In this document: positions 9,177-18,388 of the stretch, in pieces
Position numbering within the stretch: the stretch's first letter is position 1
Layout: each line of letters starts with the position of its first letter
Source of the DNA: a virus
Taxonomy: Duplodnaviria; Caudoviricetes
Reading direction: 5' to 3' (one strand)
Virus record (IMG/VR): IMGVR_UViG_3300020159_000294
Coordinates: 1 to 27,926 of that record
DNA length: 27,926 bases
Notes under the pieces: model-generated
The model's database searches: none
What the model was told of the DNA's origin: nothing
What the model saw: only the letters and a program-made list of their open reading frames with translations
Translations under genes and position numbers: made by a program

Positions 9177-9808
9177 TGAACAAACAACTCTTAATAGAAT
9201 ATAGTGCTTTCCAACCGCTCCCTCAATCATTAACTGAGGCAAAACGCCTTTCTAATGGTAATATGGTGGTATCTGGTTTAGTGCAAGCTACGGATAAGCC
9301 TAATGCTAATATGAGGATCTATCCTTATCAGACGTTGTTTACCCAAGTACAAAAGTATATAGCAGGACCAATTGCAGAGAATAGAGCTTTAGGTGAATTA
9401 GATCATCCTGAATCTTCTATCATTAACCTTAAAAATGTTAGCCATAATATAATCAATCTTTACTGGAATGGTAAAGACTTGTATGGTGACGTAGAAATAC
9501 TACCAACACCATCAGGTAATATACTCAAGCAACTATTCCAAAATAATATTACAGTAGGTATATCTTCTAGAGCTATGGGCTCTGTATCTCCTATTGGTGA
9601 AGGTTTAGTTCAAGTAGAAGACGATCTAGACCTAATCTGTTGGGACTTTGTATCTACTCCATCAACTTATGGTGCATATATGAAGCCAGTATCAGGTTTA
9701 AGAGAGTCTATTGATCATACTATTCAACATAAGAAGACTAGCAAAGTACATCAATTAATATCAGACATCATCTGTACTCAATCAGGAGTATGTTGTCTAA
9801 GTAAATAA
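9176..9808 (+). CDS. gp21: prohead core protease (T4 gp21-like)
   Basis: NANMRIYP, ALGELDHP (His), VGISSRAMGS (Ser) and WDFVSTPS (Asp) motifs; position before scaffold and capsid genes. Confidence 0.95.
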   Translation: MNKQLLIEYSAFQPLPQSLTEAKRLSNGNMVVSGLVQATDKPNANMRIYPYQTLFTQVQKYIAGPIAENRALGELDHPESSIINLKNVSHNIINLYWNGKDLYGDVEILPTPSGNILKQLFQNNITVGISSRAMGSVSPIGEGLVQVEDDLDLICWDFVSTPSTYGAYMKPVSGLRESIDHTIQHKKTSKVHQLISDIICTQSGVCCLSK

Positions 9809-9845
9809 AAATAATATATAGTACTACACTTTACTGCAAAGTGTG

Positions 9846-9854
9846 ATATTTATT
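9846..9854 (+). promoter_or_regulatory. putative late promoter box ATATTTATT for scaffold-capsid transcript
   Basis: Recurring motif in the 136-nt gap upstream of the scaffold gene. Confidence 0.65.
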
Positions 9855-9944
9855 GAAAATGCGTTACTTCTAATATAACGCTAGCGAATTACAATCTTAT
9901 ATTGCTTTCATAATCTAATAAGCAATCCCAGAAAAAATAATACG

Positions 9945-10943
9945 ATGAGTAACCTTTATCAAGATGCTATTCTTGATGCTAAAGCTTTACGCGCATCTGC
10001 TATGGCAAATGCAAAAGCAGCACTAGAAGAGGCATTCGAACCTAAGATTAAAGAGCTTGTTAATCTCAAACTAAACGAAGATTTAGAAGAAGACATGTCA
10101 AGCGATTTACAAGATTATGGTAACATGGAAGAAACATATCATGAAGATGGTATGGCTGAAGACATTAATGAAGCTGAATTAGAAGAGATTCTTTCACAGT
10201 TAGAAGAACTTTCTGGCCATGATGGTGACAAAGAACCAATGGAAGAGGAAGAAGAAATGACTCACGAATCTTTAAATGAAGCTGAAGAAGACGAAGAAGA
10301 AGCAGAAGAAGAGACAGAAACTGATGAAGAAGAGGAAGAGTCTGAAGAAGAAGAACCAATTGATGATGAGACTAAAGTAGTTGATATCACTCTTGGAGAT
10401 CTTAAGCAGATACTACAATCAATGAATCAGGAAAAAATGCCTGTACAAGATATGGGTGATGAAATGCCTTCTGATGATGCTGAAGCTGAATCTGAAATCT
10501 CTCTTGAAGAGATCCTTGCAGAACTCGAAGAAGAAGAGACTGTTTATGAGGGTGGTCTAGAAGAGAAGAAAGAAGATCATGAAGATAAGTCTAAAATGGA
10601 AGAAGAGCTTGAAGAAGCAAAGTCTACCATCGAAACACTTCGTCAAAACTTACAAGAAGTTAACTTGCTTAACGCTAAGTACTTGTATATGAATAAGTTG
10701 TTTAAGTCTAAGTCTCTAACTGAGTCTGAGAAGGTAAAGGTAATCAATGCTCTTGATAGGGCTGTTTCTGTAAAAGAGGTTAAAAACACCTATGAAACAC
10801 TTAAAGAGTCTTTTGTGCCTAAAAAACAACTTAAAGAATCAATCGGTTTCGCATCACAGCCTGCAGGCATAGCTCCTAAGAAGCCTATTATCGAACAAGA
10901 TAATATGTTGAATAGGTGGCAGAAACTTGCTGGTATTAAATAA
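9945..10943 (+). CDS. prohead scaffolding/core protein (functional analogue of T4 gp22)
   Basis: Very acidic helical protein with many LxE motifs, between protease and capsid genes; C-terminus NRWQKLAGIK. Confidence 0.8.
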   Translation: MSNLYQDAILDAKALRASAMANAKAALEEAFEPKIKELVNLKLNEDLEEDMSSDLQDYGNMEETYHEDGMAEDINEAELEEILSQLEELSGHDGDKEPMEEEEEMTHESLNEAEEDEEEAEEETETDEEEEESEEEEPIDDETKVVDITLGDLKQILQSMNQEKMPVQDMGDEMPSDDAEAESEISLEEILAELEEEETVYEGGLEEKKEDHEDKSKMEEELEEAKSTIETLRQNLQEVNLLNAKYLYMNKLFKSKSLTESEKVKVINALDRAVSVKEVKNTYETLKESFVPKKQLKESIGFASQPAGIAPKKPIIEQDNMLNRWQKLAGIK

Positions 10944-10967
10944 CAAAACAATAAATCAAATAACAAA

Positions 10968-12611
10968 ATGGCAAATTTAGTACAATCTTTATTGGCTGAA
11001 TCCGCTAACAGTGCTTTCTCTGATCAACATGGTGTTGCTCAGCGTTTGACTAAGAAGTGGAGTAAGTCTGGCCTTCTCGAGGGCTTGAAAGATTACGACC
11101 AGAACAACATGGCCGTAATGCTCGAAAACCAAGCTAAACAGCTTGTAGTTGAATCTTCTTCTACTAACGGTAACGCAAACTCTGGTGGTGCAACCTTTAC
11201 TCCTGGTACTGGTGAGCAGTGGGCTGGTGTAGCTCTTCCTCTTGTACGTAAGGTATTTGGTCAGATCGCTTCTAAAGAGTTCGTTTCTGTACAACCAATG
11301 AACCTTCCTGCAGGCTTGGTATTCTACCTTGACTTCCAGTATGGTGATAACAAAAGACCTTTCGCCGCTGGTGAATCTCTTTATGGTACTCCAAGTGCAA
11401 ACTTTGGTAACCTTGCTGAAGGCTCTCTTTATGGTGCTGGTCGCTTTGGTTATTCTTTGAACCAATTCTCTGCTTCTGGTGTAACTGCAACTGCAGCTTC
11501 TGCATCTTTTGCTGAAATTGATTTTAACTCAACTTTCTCTGCGTCTATTGCTGCTGGTAATGTTAAGAAGCTTGCTGTAGCTACTTCTTCTCTTACTGCA
11601 TTAAACCTTGATGGTGTTCGTGCTTTTATTATCAACTCTGGTTCAGTTGCAACTGCTCGTAACCTTCAGCAATTCACTAGGATCAATGGTGGTAATATCG
11701 AGTTCTTCGTAACTGCTTCTACTGCTGAGATTCCAACATTGAATGCTTTCGTTGTATACTATAACAAAGCTACTGACTTCAACGCTCGTGGTGATTTCGA
11801 AGACAGGACTGGTAACCCATCTGTTCCTAACGCAGCTTCTGCTACTTCTATCGTTATCCCTGAGATTAACGTACAAATGAAGAGCCAGACCATCTCTGCT
11901 AAAACTCGTAAGTTGAAAGCACAATGGACTCCGGAATTTGCACAAGACTTGAATGCATACCATTCTCTTGATGCTGAAGCTGAATTGACTGGTCTTCTTT
12001 CTGAGCATATCTCTCTTGAGATTGATCTTGAAGTACTTGACATGTTAATTCAAAATGCTCCATCAATTGAATTCTGGTCTGCTAAAGTTGGTAATCAAAT
12101 CAACGCTACTGCAACTGGATTTGATTCTAACACTGCTGGTGTTTACTACACTCAAATGAGCTGGTTCCAGACTTTGGGTATCAAACTCCAAAAGATCTCT
12201 AATATCATCCATCAGCGTACACTTCGTGGTGGTGCTAACTTCATGGTTGTTTCTCCAACTGTAGCTACAATTCTTGAGTCTATCCCAGGATTTGCTGCTG
12301 ATACAGATGGTGCAGCTGATACAATGAAGTATGCTTTCGGTGTACAAAAAATCGGTCAGTTGAATAGCCGCTATAAGGTGTACAAAAACCCTTACATGCT
12401 TGAGAATGTGATCCTCATGGGCTTCCGTGGTAATCAATTCCTTGAGTGTGGCGCGGTATACTCTCCATATGTTCCATTGATCATGACTCCTCTTGTGTAC
12501 GATCCTAACACTTTTACGCCTCGTAAGGGGATAATGACACGCTATGCCATGACTATGGTTCGTCCAGAGTATTATGGTTTAGTTGCTGTATCTGACTTGA
12601 ACTTGGTGTAA
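10968..12611 (+). CDS. gp23: major capsid protein (T4 gp23-like)
   Basis: gp23 motifs AVMLENQ, LPLVRKVF, VQPMNLPAGLVFYLDF, AKTRKLKAQWTPEFAQDLNAYH, EIDLEVL, YSPYVPL and FTPRKGIMTRY; strongly biased codon use. Confidence 0.97.
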   Translation: MANLVQSLLAESANSAFSDQHGVAQRLTKKWSKSGLLEGLKDYDQNNMAVMLENQAKQLVVESSSTNGNANSGGATFTPGTGEQWAGVALPLVRKVFGQIASKEFVSVQPMNLPAGLVFYLDFQYGDNKRPFAAGESLYGTPSANFGNLAEGSLYGAGRFGYSLNQFSASGVTATAASASFAEIDFNSTFSASIAAGNVKKLAVATSSLTALNLDGVRAFIINSGSVATARNLQQFTRINGGNIEFFVTASTAEIPTLNAFVVYYNKATDFNARGDFEDRTGNPSVPNAASATSIVIPEINVQMKSQTISAKTRKLKAQWTPEFAQDLNAYHSLDAEAELTGLLSEHISLEIDLEVLDMLIQNAPSIEFWSAKVGNQINATATGFDSNTAGVYYTQMSWFQTLGIKLQKISNIIHQRTLRGGANFMVVSPTVATILESIPGFAADTDGAADTMKYAFGVQKIGQLNSRYKVYKNPYMLENVILMGFRGNQFLECGAVYSPYVPLIMTPLVYDPNTFTPRKGIMTRYAMTMVRPEYYGLVAVSDLNLV

Positions 12612-12631
12612 ATTAGCCTTAGATAAACTAT

Positions 12632-12662
12632 AAAAGCCCAACCCCGTAAGGTTGGGTTTTTT
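12632..12662 (+). terminator. rho-independent terminator after the capsid gene
   Basis: AAAAG-CCCAACC-ccgtaa-GGTTGGG-TTTTTT: a 7-bp GC-rich stem followed by a U-tract. The upstream A-tract would allow bidirectional action. Confidence 0.9.
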
Positions 12663-12677
12663 ATTTCTATAAACTCA

Positions 12678-12686
12678 ATATTTATT
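12678..12686 (+). promoter_or_regulatory. putative late promoter box ATATTTATT upstream of phoH
   Basis: Recurring motif immediately after the terminator, 13 nt before the phoH ATG. Confidence 0.65.
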
Positions 12687-12699
12687 CTAAAAGGTCTGT

Positions 12700-13371
12700 A
12701 TGACGAATACAAGTTCATCTGGTAAGAGACAACCAAAAAATCCAATCAGGTTTCAGGTTCAGTTAAACGAAGAGCAGAAAGAGGCAAAACAGATAATATT
12801 AGACAGCAAGATAACGGTTTTAAAAGGTCAAGCTGGTTCTGGTAAGTCGTTAATAGCAGCCCAAGTAGCATTAGATTTGTTGTTCAGACGAGAAGTAGAG
12901 AAGATAATCCTAACCAGGCCTGCAGTAACATCAGGTGAAGAGATTGGTTATCTTCCTGGCGATAAAGACGCTAAACTAGCTCCTTACACTGCAGCAATCT
13001 ATGACAATATGTATAGGTTGTACAGTAAAGAGAAGATAGACAAAGAGATAATGGAAGGCAATATAGAGGTTATACCACTAGCGTTTATGCGTGGTAGGAA
13101 CTTAACTAACTGTTGTGTTGTAGTAGATGAAGGACAGAATATAACGCATCGTCAGATGGAGTTGGTTCTAGGACGTATTTGTAATGGTAGTAAAATGATC
13201 ATATGTGGTGATACTGCACAGATCGACCTCAAGGACAAGAAGATAAGTGGTTTTAACTTTATATGCACCAACTTCAAAGAGGTGCCAGGTTTTGCCGTGG
13301 TAACGCTGAAGACTAATCATCGTGATCCTATTGTAGAACAAATTCTTGAAATATATAAAGCGCACGACTAA
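12700..13371 (+). CDS. phoH: PhoH-family ATPase
   Basis: Walker A GQAGSGKS plus PhoH motifs LTRPAV, IGYLPG, PLAFMRGRNL, VDEGQN, GDTAQIDL and HRDPIV. Confidence 0.95.
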   Translation: MTNTSSSGKRQPKNPIRFQVQLNEEQKEAKQIILDSKITVLKGQAGSGKSLIAAQVALDLLFRREVEKIILTRPAVTSGEEIGYLPGDKDAKLAPYTAAIYDNMYRLYSKEKIDKEIMEGNIEVIPLAFMRGRNLTNCCVVVDEGQNITHRQMELVLGRICNGSKMIICGDTAQIDLKDKKISGFNFICTNFKEVPGFAVVTLKTNHRDPIVEQILEIYKAHD

Positions 13372-13757
13372 TGGCAGCAGGTAAGTATTCATTTATAATA
13401 GAGCAAGGGTCCACTTATCAATCAGAATTGGTATATAAGGACTCTGCAGGAGAACCTATAGACTTAACTGACTATAGTGCAAGGATGCAGATCAGGCCTA
13501 GTCCTGGCTCTACTACATTGTATTTAACCCTTAGTTCTAGTCTAGGGCCTGATGGTTCTGGACTTAACTTGAATGGACTAAATGGATCTACACCTAAAAC
13601 ATCAGGTAGTATAGGCATAATCATATCAGCTTATAGCTCATCTTTACTTACATTTGATCAAGCTGTTTATGATCTTGAGCTATACTCAGGTAGTTTTGTA
13701 ACAAGAATTATAGAAGGCAGAGTTCAATTAAGTAAAGAAGTAACTACAAATGGCTAA
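13371..13757 (+). CDS. small beta-sandwich virion adaptor protein
   Basis: 128 aa with the pattern IEQGST...PIDLTDYSARMQIR...YDLEL...RIIEG, typical of phage fibre-attachment Ig-like proteins; overlaps the start of the fibre gene. Confidence 0.65.
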   Translation: MAAGKYSFIIEQGSTYQSELVYKDSAGEPIDLTDYSARMQIRPSPGSTTLYLTLSSSLGPDGSGLNLNGLNGSTPKTSGSIGIIISAYSSSLLTFDQAVYDLELYSGSFVTRIIEGRVQLSKEVTTNG

Positions 13758-16700
13758 TCAAATAATTGTATCAGAAGATAGGAATCAGATAACAGTAGTA
13801 GAAGGCGAAACTAGAATTGTAGAAGTAGTCACACAAGGGCCTCAAGGAGCCATAGGACCTATTGGACCTGCTGGTCCTTCTGGATCTTCTATTCTTAATC
13901 AAATTACATCAGGCTCTGTTACTGCTAGTGTTAATATAGGACCTACTATATTTAGTTTAACTAGTGGCTCTAGCACATATTTAAGCCTATCTTCATCTGG
14001 TAGTTTAAGTGTTAATGGTGATACAACCATACAAGGCAATCAATTTAATGCTGGAACTTATTGGAGGTCGATATCAGGAAGTAATTTCCCAGTCGCACCT
14101 TGGAGAGGTATAGCATATGGAAATGGACTATTTGTTGCAATTGCTGATAGAGGCGCAGGTGGAACATCTAATACAACGTCAATAGCCACTTCACCTGATG
14201 GAGTAAATTGGACTTTTAGAACCATACCATCATTAACAGGTCTTACAAATATAATTTATCAAAACGGTATATTTGTTGCAGTTGGTCGAGTAAGTCAGAG
14301 GGGCTTTTATTCATACGATGGAATTAATTGGTTCGATGCGATTAACATGGTTGGGATAGTGTATGGTGCCACATATGGGAAAGACAAATTTGTAGCTTGT
14401 AAAATTGATAATCCTGGTTTTAGAATTAATGTAAGTTATGATGGAAAAACATGGCAAGGTGTTTCAACACCATCAACAATGGATCTGCCTTGGACAGGTA
14501 TTGCTTATGGAGATGATAAGTATGTCGCAGTAGCAGAATCAAATGTTTCGGGATCGATAGCAATTTCATATGATGGTATAACCTGGAATAATGTTACTAG
14601 ACCATCTGCAGGCTCTGTAACAACTTATAATGTTACTTATGGTAAAGGATTATTTGTTGCAACATGTGACAATGGAAAAATAATGACATCTCCTGACGGA
14701 GTAAATTGGACCGTAAGAGATACTCCTTTAACAGGATTAATTTGGAAGTGTATATTTGCAGAGGGAGTATTTATTGCAGCAGGCGCTTTTGTATCAGCAC
14801 AAAACAAATTTATCTATTCTACTGATGGTATAACATGGCAAGTAGCTAATACGCCATCATTAAATAACTGGGGTGGATTTGCATATGGAAATGGGTTATT
14901 AGTATCAGTATCATATAATGGACCAGATACAGGTTCATTAATTGTATCATCTGGAGTAATGAACTCTTTTACCACTCAGAATGATAATAGAACACACGGA
15001 AGGCAGATTTTTACAGATGATTTTATCTTATCGAATGCACCTGTTTCACAAAGCTCTGGCTTTAAATTAGACGTTTCTGGCTCTAGTCGATTTGCAGGTA
15101 ACACAACCATAACTGGTTCTCTAACAGTAACTGATACTATCACTGCTCAAAGGCTAGTAGTACAAACTATCACATCTAGCACTAGTTATATAACAGGGTC
15201 TACTATATTTGGATCTTTATCAACTAATACTCATCAGTTTACTGGTAGCGTATTGGTTAGTGGTAGTGTAGGGATAGGGACTAATGCGCCCACTGCTCCA
15301 CTAACTATCGTAAGAACATTCCCTTCTGGAGTAGCTAATAGTTTACTTGATCTAGGATATACTCATACAGGAGGATATAATAATGGTGGTTTTAGCTTTC
15401 AACAATATTATAATAGTGCGCAATTTACTATTTCTAATGGGACAAGTGGAGCATCACTTTCTCAAACAAATACTACTCTTACAATATCTACTCAAAATGT
15501 AGGCGCTATAAACACAATAAGTAGATACCATAGTTGGGATACAGCACTCGCAGATGGTTCTTATATTTGGTCTTTCCAAGCATCCTCAGCAATGAGGTTA
15601 TTAGCAACCGGTAATCTTCTATTAGGTCTAACTACTGATGATACTATTAATAGACTACAAGTATCTGGTTCAGGTAGATTTACAGGAGGCTTAGTAGTAA
15701 CAGGTAGTGCTACAATTACAAGCGGCTTATCAGCAGGAAGTTTATCAGCAGGAGCAACAACAATAAGTGGACTATTACAAACCCCGGCAGGTATATTTTG
15801 TGATAATAACTTAGCAAGATTCAGACATGTTACAGTAGGGGTTAACCAAGCATCTGGTACAGGATTTATACAACCAGAAGATGCTTCTCAATCTATAGGC
15901 ATTAGAACAGGTACTATGTTTGGAGGTACTCAAAGACTATTAGTTACTAGTACAGGACTTGTTGCAATTGGATCTCACACTCCTATTGCTACATTAGACG
16001 TAAGAGGTACTACATTCCTAAGTGGTAGTGTGACAGGTAGTGACACATTAATTATAGGCTCTGGTAATACTAGTGCTACTAATGCATTGACGGTGCAGAA
16101 TAGTAGTGCAGCACAAGCTTTGTCCATAAATAATGCTGGACAAGCGATGTTTGGTACTAATACACCGGCTGCTGGAATTAAGTTAGAAACGGATGGAGCT
16201 TTTAGGGCATGGACTCGTGTAGAAATTGGTCAATTTGGGGCGTTAACAATAAATACAACTCAAATAACAAAAGGAGCATCTGGTTCTGATTTATTTGAAA
16301 TAGCAAATAGTTCTGCACACAATGCAATCGCTGGAACGTACTATGCTTTACAAGTTAGGAATAGCGTGACTCCGACCTCAGGTAATGCAGTAGTAAACGG
16401 GTTAGTATTAAATTTAACTGTCAGCCAATCTTCTGCTACTGGTATTACAAGAGGCTTATACGTTAACCCAACTCTAACATCAGCATGGGACTTCAGAGCA
16501 GTAGAATGGTCTAACAACGCATCTGCTACATCAGGCAGTTGGGGACTATATGGTTCTGGTTCTGCTCCTAACTATCTGTCTGGTAGTTTAAATATAGGCA
16601 CTACTGCAATAGGTGCTAATGCACTTAATGTTAGTGGTAGTACATTGTTGAGAGGCAGTGGTAATACTAGCGGTACTAATGCTCTAGTTGTACAGAATAG

Positions 16701-17184
16701 CGATGCTGTTAGTGCATTTATTGTTCGTAATGATGGACGCGTATCTGCAGACGGAACTAACTTTGTTATTACTAAGTATACTCCAGGAGCGACTACATTA
16801 ACTATAGGTAATATAGGTCATAATGATGCTGTCGGTATTAGAACTACTTCTGCAACAGGATTAATAGCAGTAAGTTCATTAGGAGTTAGTACAGATAATC
16901 TTACTGGTGCATCAATATATGCAGCAGGAGGCGCTACAGGAGGTAGAATTTCATTAGGATTAATATCAAATAGAGCTTTAATAACTTCTGCTGGTTCTGG
17001 TATTGCAATGAATACTAGTGCGATGCTACAAGTAGATTCGACTAGTCAAGGCTTCCTTCCTCCAAGAATGACGACTACTCAAATGAATGCTATATCTGGA
17101 GCAGCAGCTGGATTAATTGTGTATGATTCAACAGTTAATAAGCATTACGGGTTTGACGGTACAACTTGGAATCAGTTCTATTAA
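13750..17184 (+). CDS. mosaic fibre/receptor-binding protein A (collagen stub, Asp-box beta-propeller, VGIGT modules)
   Basis: (GXY)5 stub, six SxDGxxW Asp-boxes with YGxGxFVA blades, G/S/T-rich beta modules and a C-terminal DSTSQGFLPPRMT...GLIVYD module. Confidence 0.8.
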   Translation: MANQIIVSEDRNQITVVEGETRIVEVVTQGPQGAIGPIGPAGPSGSSILNQITSGSVTASVNIGPTIFSLTSGSSTYLSLSSSGSLSVNGDTTIQGNQFNAGTYWRSISGSNFPVAPWRGIAYGNGLFVAIADRGAGGTSNTTSIATSPDGVNWTFRTIPSLTGLTNIIYQNGIFVAVGRVSQRGFYSYDGINWFDAINMVGIVYGATYGKDKFVACKIDNPGFRINVSYDGKTWQGVSTPSTMDLPWTGIAYGDDKYVAVAESNVSGSIAISYDGITWNNVTRPSAGSVTTYNVTYGKGLFVATCDNGKIMTSPDGVNWTVRDTPLTGLIWKCIFAEGVFIAAGAFVSAQNKFIYSTDGITWQVANTPSLNNWGGFAYGNGLLVSVSYNGPDTGSLIVSSGVMNSFTTQNDNRTHGRQIFTDDFILSNAPVSQSSGFKLDVSGSSRFAGNTTITGSLTVTDTITAQRLVVQTITSSTSYITGSTIFGSLSTNTHQFTGSVLVSGSVGIGTNAPTAPLTIVRTFPSGVANSLLDLGYTHTGGYNNGGFSFQQYYNSAQFTISNGTSGASLSQTNTTLTISTQNVGAINTISRYHSWDTALADGSYIWSFQASSAMRLLATGNLLLGLTTDDTINRLQVSGSGRFTGGLVVTGSATITSGLSAGSLSAGATTISGLLQTPAGIFCDNNLARFRHVTVGVNQASGTGFIQPEDASQSIGIRTGTMFGGTQRLLVTSTGLVAIGSHTPIATLDVRGTTFLSGSVTGSDTLIIGSGNTSATNALTVQNSSAAQALSINNAGQAMFGTNTPAAGIKLETDGAFRAWTRVEIGQFGALTINTTQITKGASGSDLFEIANSSAHNAIAGTYYALQVRNSVTPTSGNAVVNGLVLNLTVSQSSATGITRGLYVNPTLTSAWDFRAVEWSNNASATSGSWGLYGSGSAPNYLSGSLNIGTTAIGANALNVSGSTLLRGSGNTSGTNALVVQNSDAVSAFIVRNDGRVSADGTNFVITKYTPGATTLTIGNIGHNDAVGIRTTSATGLIAVSSLGVSTDNLTGASIYAAGGATGGRISLGLISNRALITSAGSGIAMNTSAMLQVDSTSQGFLPPRMTTTQMNAISGAAAGLIVYDSTVNKHYGFDGTTWNQFY
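13837..13884 (+). repeat. collagen-like Gly-X-Y repeat
   Basis: Encodes GPQ GAI GPI GPA GPS G. Confidence 0.75.
16012..16043 (+). repeat. 32-bp exact direct repeat, partner at 23136-23167
   Basis: ACATTCCTAAGTGGTAGTGTGACAGGTAGTGA occurs in both fibre A and fibre B. Confidence 0.9.
16060..16091 (+). repeat. 32-bp exact direct repeat, partner at 21897-21928
   Basis: TCTGGTAATACTAGTGCTACTAATGCATTGAC occurs in both fibre A and fibre B. Confidence 0.9.
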
Positions 17185-17199
17185 TAAAACCTACTAAAC

Positions 17200-17208
17200 A
17201 TATTTATT
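17200..17208 (+). promoter_or_regulatory. putative late promoter box ATATTTATT
   Basis: Recurring motif, 9 nt upstream of the neck gene ATG. Confidence 0.6.
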
Positions 17209-17217
17209 ATAAACTAA

Positions 17218-18384
17218 ATGGCAAATAGACCTATATATCCTGGTTCATCTAGCTTCTTCCCTGGAGATACTCCATTCGGGTCGTATGACTATGATCAATC
17301 GTTTCAGAATGATGCTGACAAAGTAGCCTATTATTGTGCTACTAAGCTAGGCTATCCTGTCATGGACGTGGAGTTAATCTCACTACAGCTATACGCCTGT
17401 TTTGAAGAGGCCGTATCTGTGTATGCAGAAGAGTTGTATCAGTCTAAGATAAAGGACAACTACTTGTCTTTGGAAGGAGCTCCTACTAGTTCTGCATTAA
17501 ACAACACTGTAGTAGTACCTAACCTAAACCCTATTATAACTGTAGCAGATAGCTATGGTGTACCTATTGGAGTTGGAGGTAACATAGACATACTCAAAGC
17601 ACCTTTATATCTAACATCATCTCAACAGATATATGATCTACAAGCCTGGGCCTTGTCTGGTAGCTTAATCTCACAAGGAGACAGACTAGTAGTAAGTAAG
17701 ATATACTATGAAGCACAGCCTGCAATTAACCAATACTACGACCCATACATAGGTGGTAGTATCAACTATCAAGGAGCTACAGAGAACTTTGGTTGGGCAT
17801 CATATTCACCGGGCTTAAACTTCGTTCTATTCCCTATCTATTGGGACATAGCCAGGATACAGGAGATAGAGATGTCGAATATTGTAAGACGATCTGCTTA
17901 TTCGTTCTCTATCACAAACAACAAACTCACAATCTTCCCTTGGCCGGACAAAGACGGTATTGTAGTATGGATAGACTACCAGAAGAAAAGTGACTTAGCA
18001 AGCTTAACTGCAAACTCACCTTACGGTACTAACAAAGGGCTAGTTTCTAACCCATCAAATGTACCTTACGGCAATATAACTTATAGCCAGATAAATCAAC
18101 CTGGTAGACAGTGGATCTACGAATATACCTTAGCTTTAGCATCTGAACTATTAGGTCTAGTTAGAGGTAAGTATAATCAAATCCCTGCTCCTGGAGCTGA
18201 AGTAACCTTAAATGGTGCAGACCTTATCAGTAAAGGTAAGGATCAGCAAACCGCTTTAAGAGAAAGACTCAGAGGTGATTTTGATGCTATGAGTAGACAA
18301 GCACAGCTAGAAAGAAAACAGTCTGAAAACCAGTCTATTTCTAGCACGTTAAACGATGTACCAATGTTCATATACTTAGGATAA
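17218..18384 (+). CDS. neck / head-tail adaptor protein (T4 gp13-like)
   Basis: KLGYPVMDVEL...QLYACFEEA and WIYEYTLALASELLGLVRGKY...VTLNG resemble gp13-family N- and C-terminal motifs; ends PMFIYLG. Confidence 0.8.
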   Translation: MANRPIYPGSSSFFPGDTPFGSYDYDQSFQNDADKVAYYCATKLGYPVMDVELISLQLYACFEEAVSVYAEELYQSKIKDNYLSLEGAPTSSALNNTVVVPNLNPIITVADSYGVPIGVGGNIDILKAPLYLTSSQQIYDLQAWALSGSLISQGDRLVVSKIYYEAQPAINQYYDPYIGGSINYQGATENFGWASYSPGLNFVLFPIYWDIARIQEIEMSNIVRRSAYSFSITNNKLTIFPWPDKDGIVVWIDYQKKSDLASLTANSPYGTNKGLVSNPSNVPYGNITYSQINQPGRQWIYEYTLALASELLGLVRGKYNQIPAPGAEVTLNGADLISKGKDQQTALRERLRGDFDAMSRQAQLERKQSENQSISSTLNDVPMFIYLG

Positions 18385-18388
18385 AACT

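Noticed and set aside
1524-10359. Short antisense or alternative-frame ORFs (1524, 1832, 4316, 6393, 6626, 7034, 8987, 10165)
   Set aside because: They overlap well-supported + strand genes, and their composition mirrors the sense strand.
10989-12437. Cluster of minus-strand ORFs inside the major capsid gene
   Set aside because: These are shadows of the strongly biased codon usage of gp23, with no recognisable motifs or expression signals.
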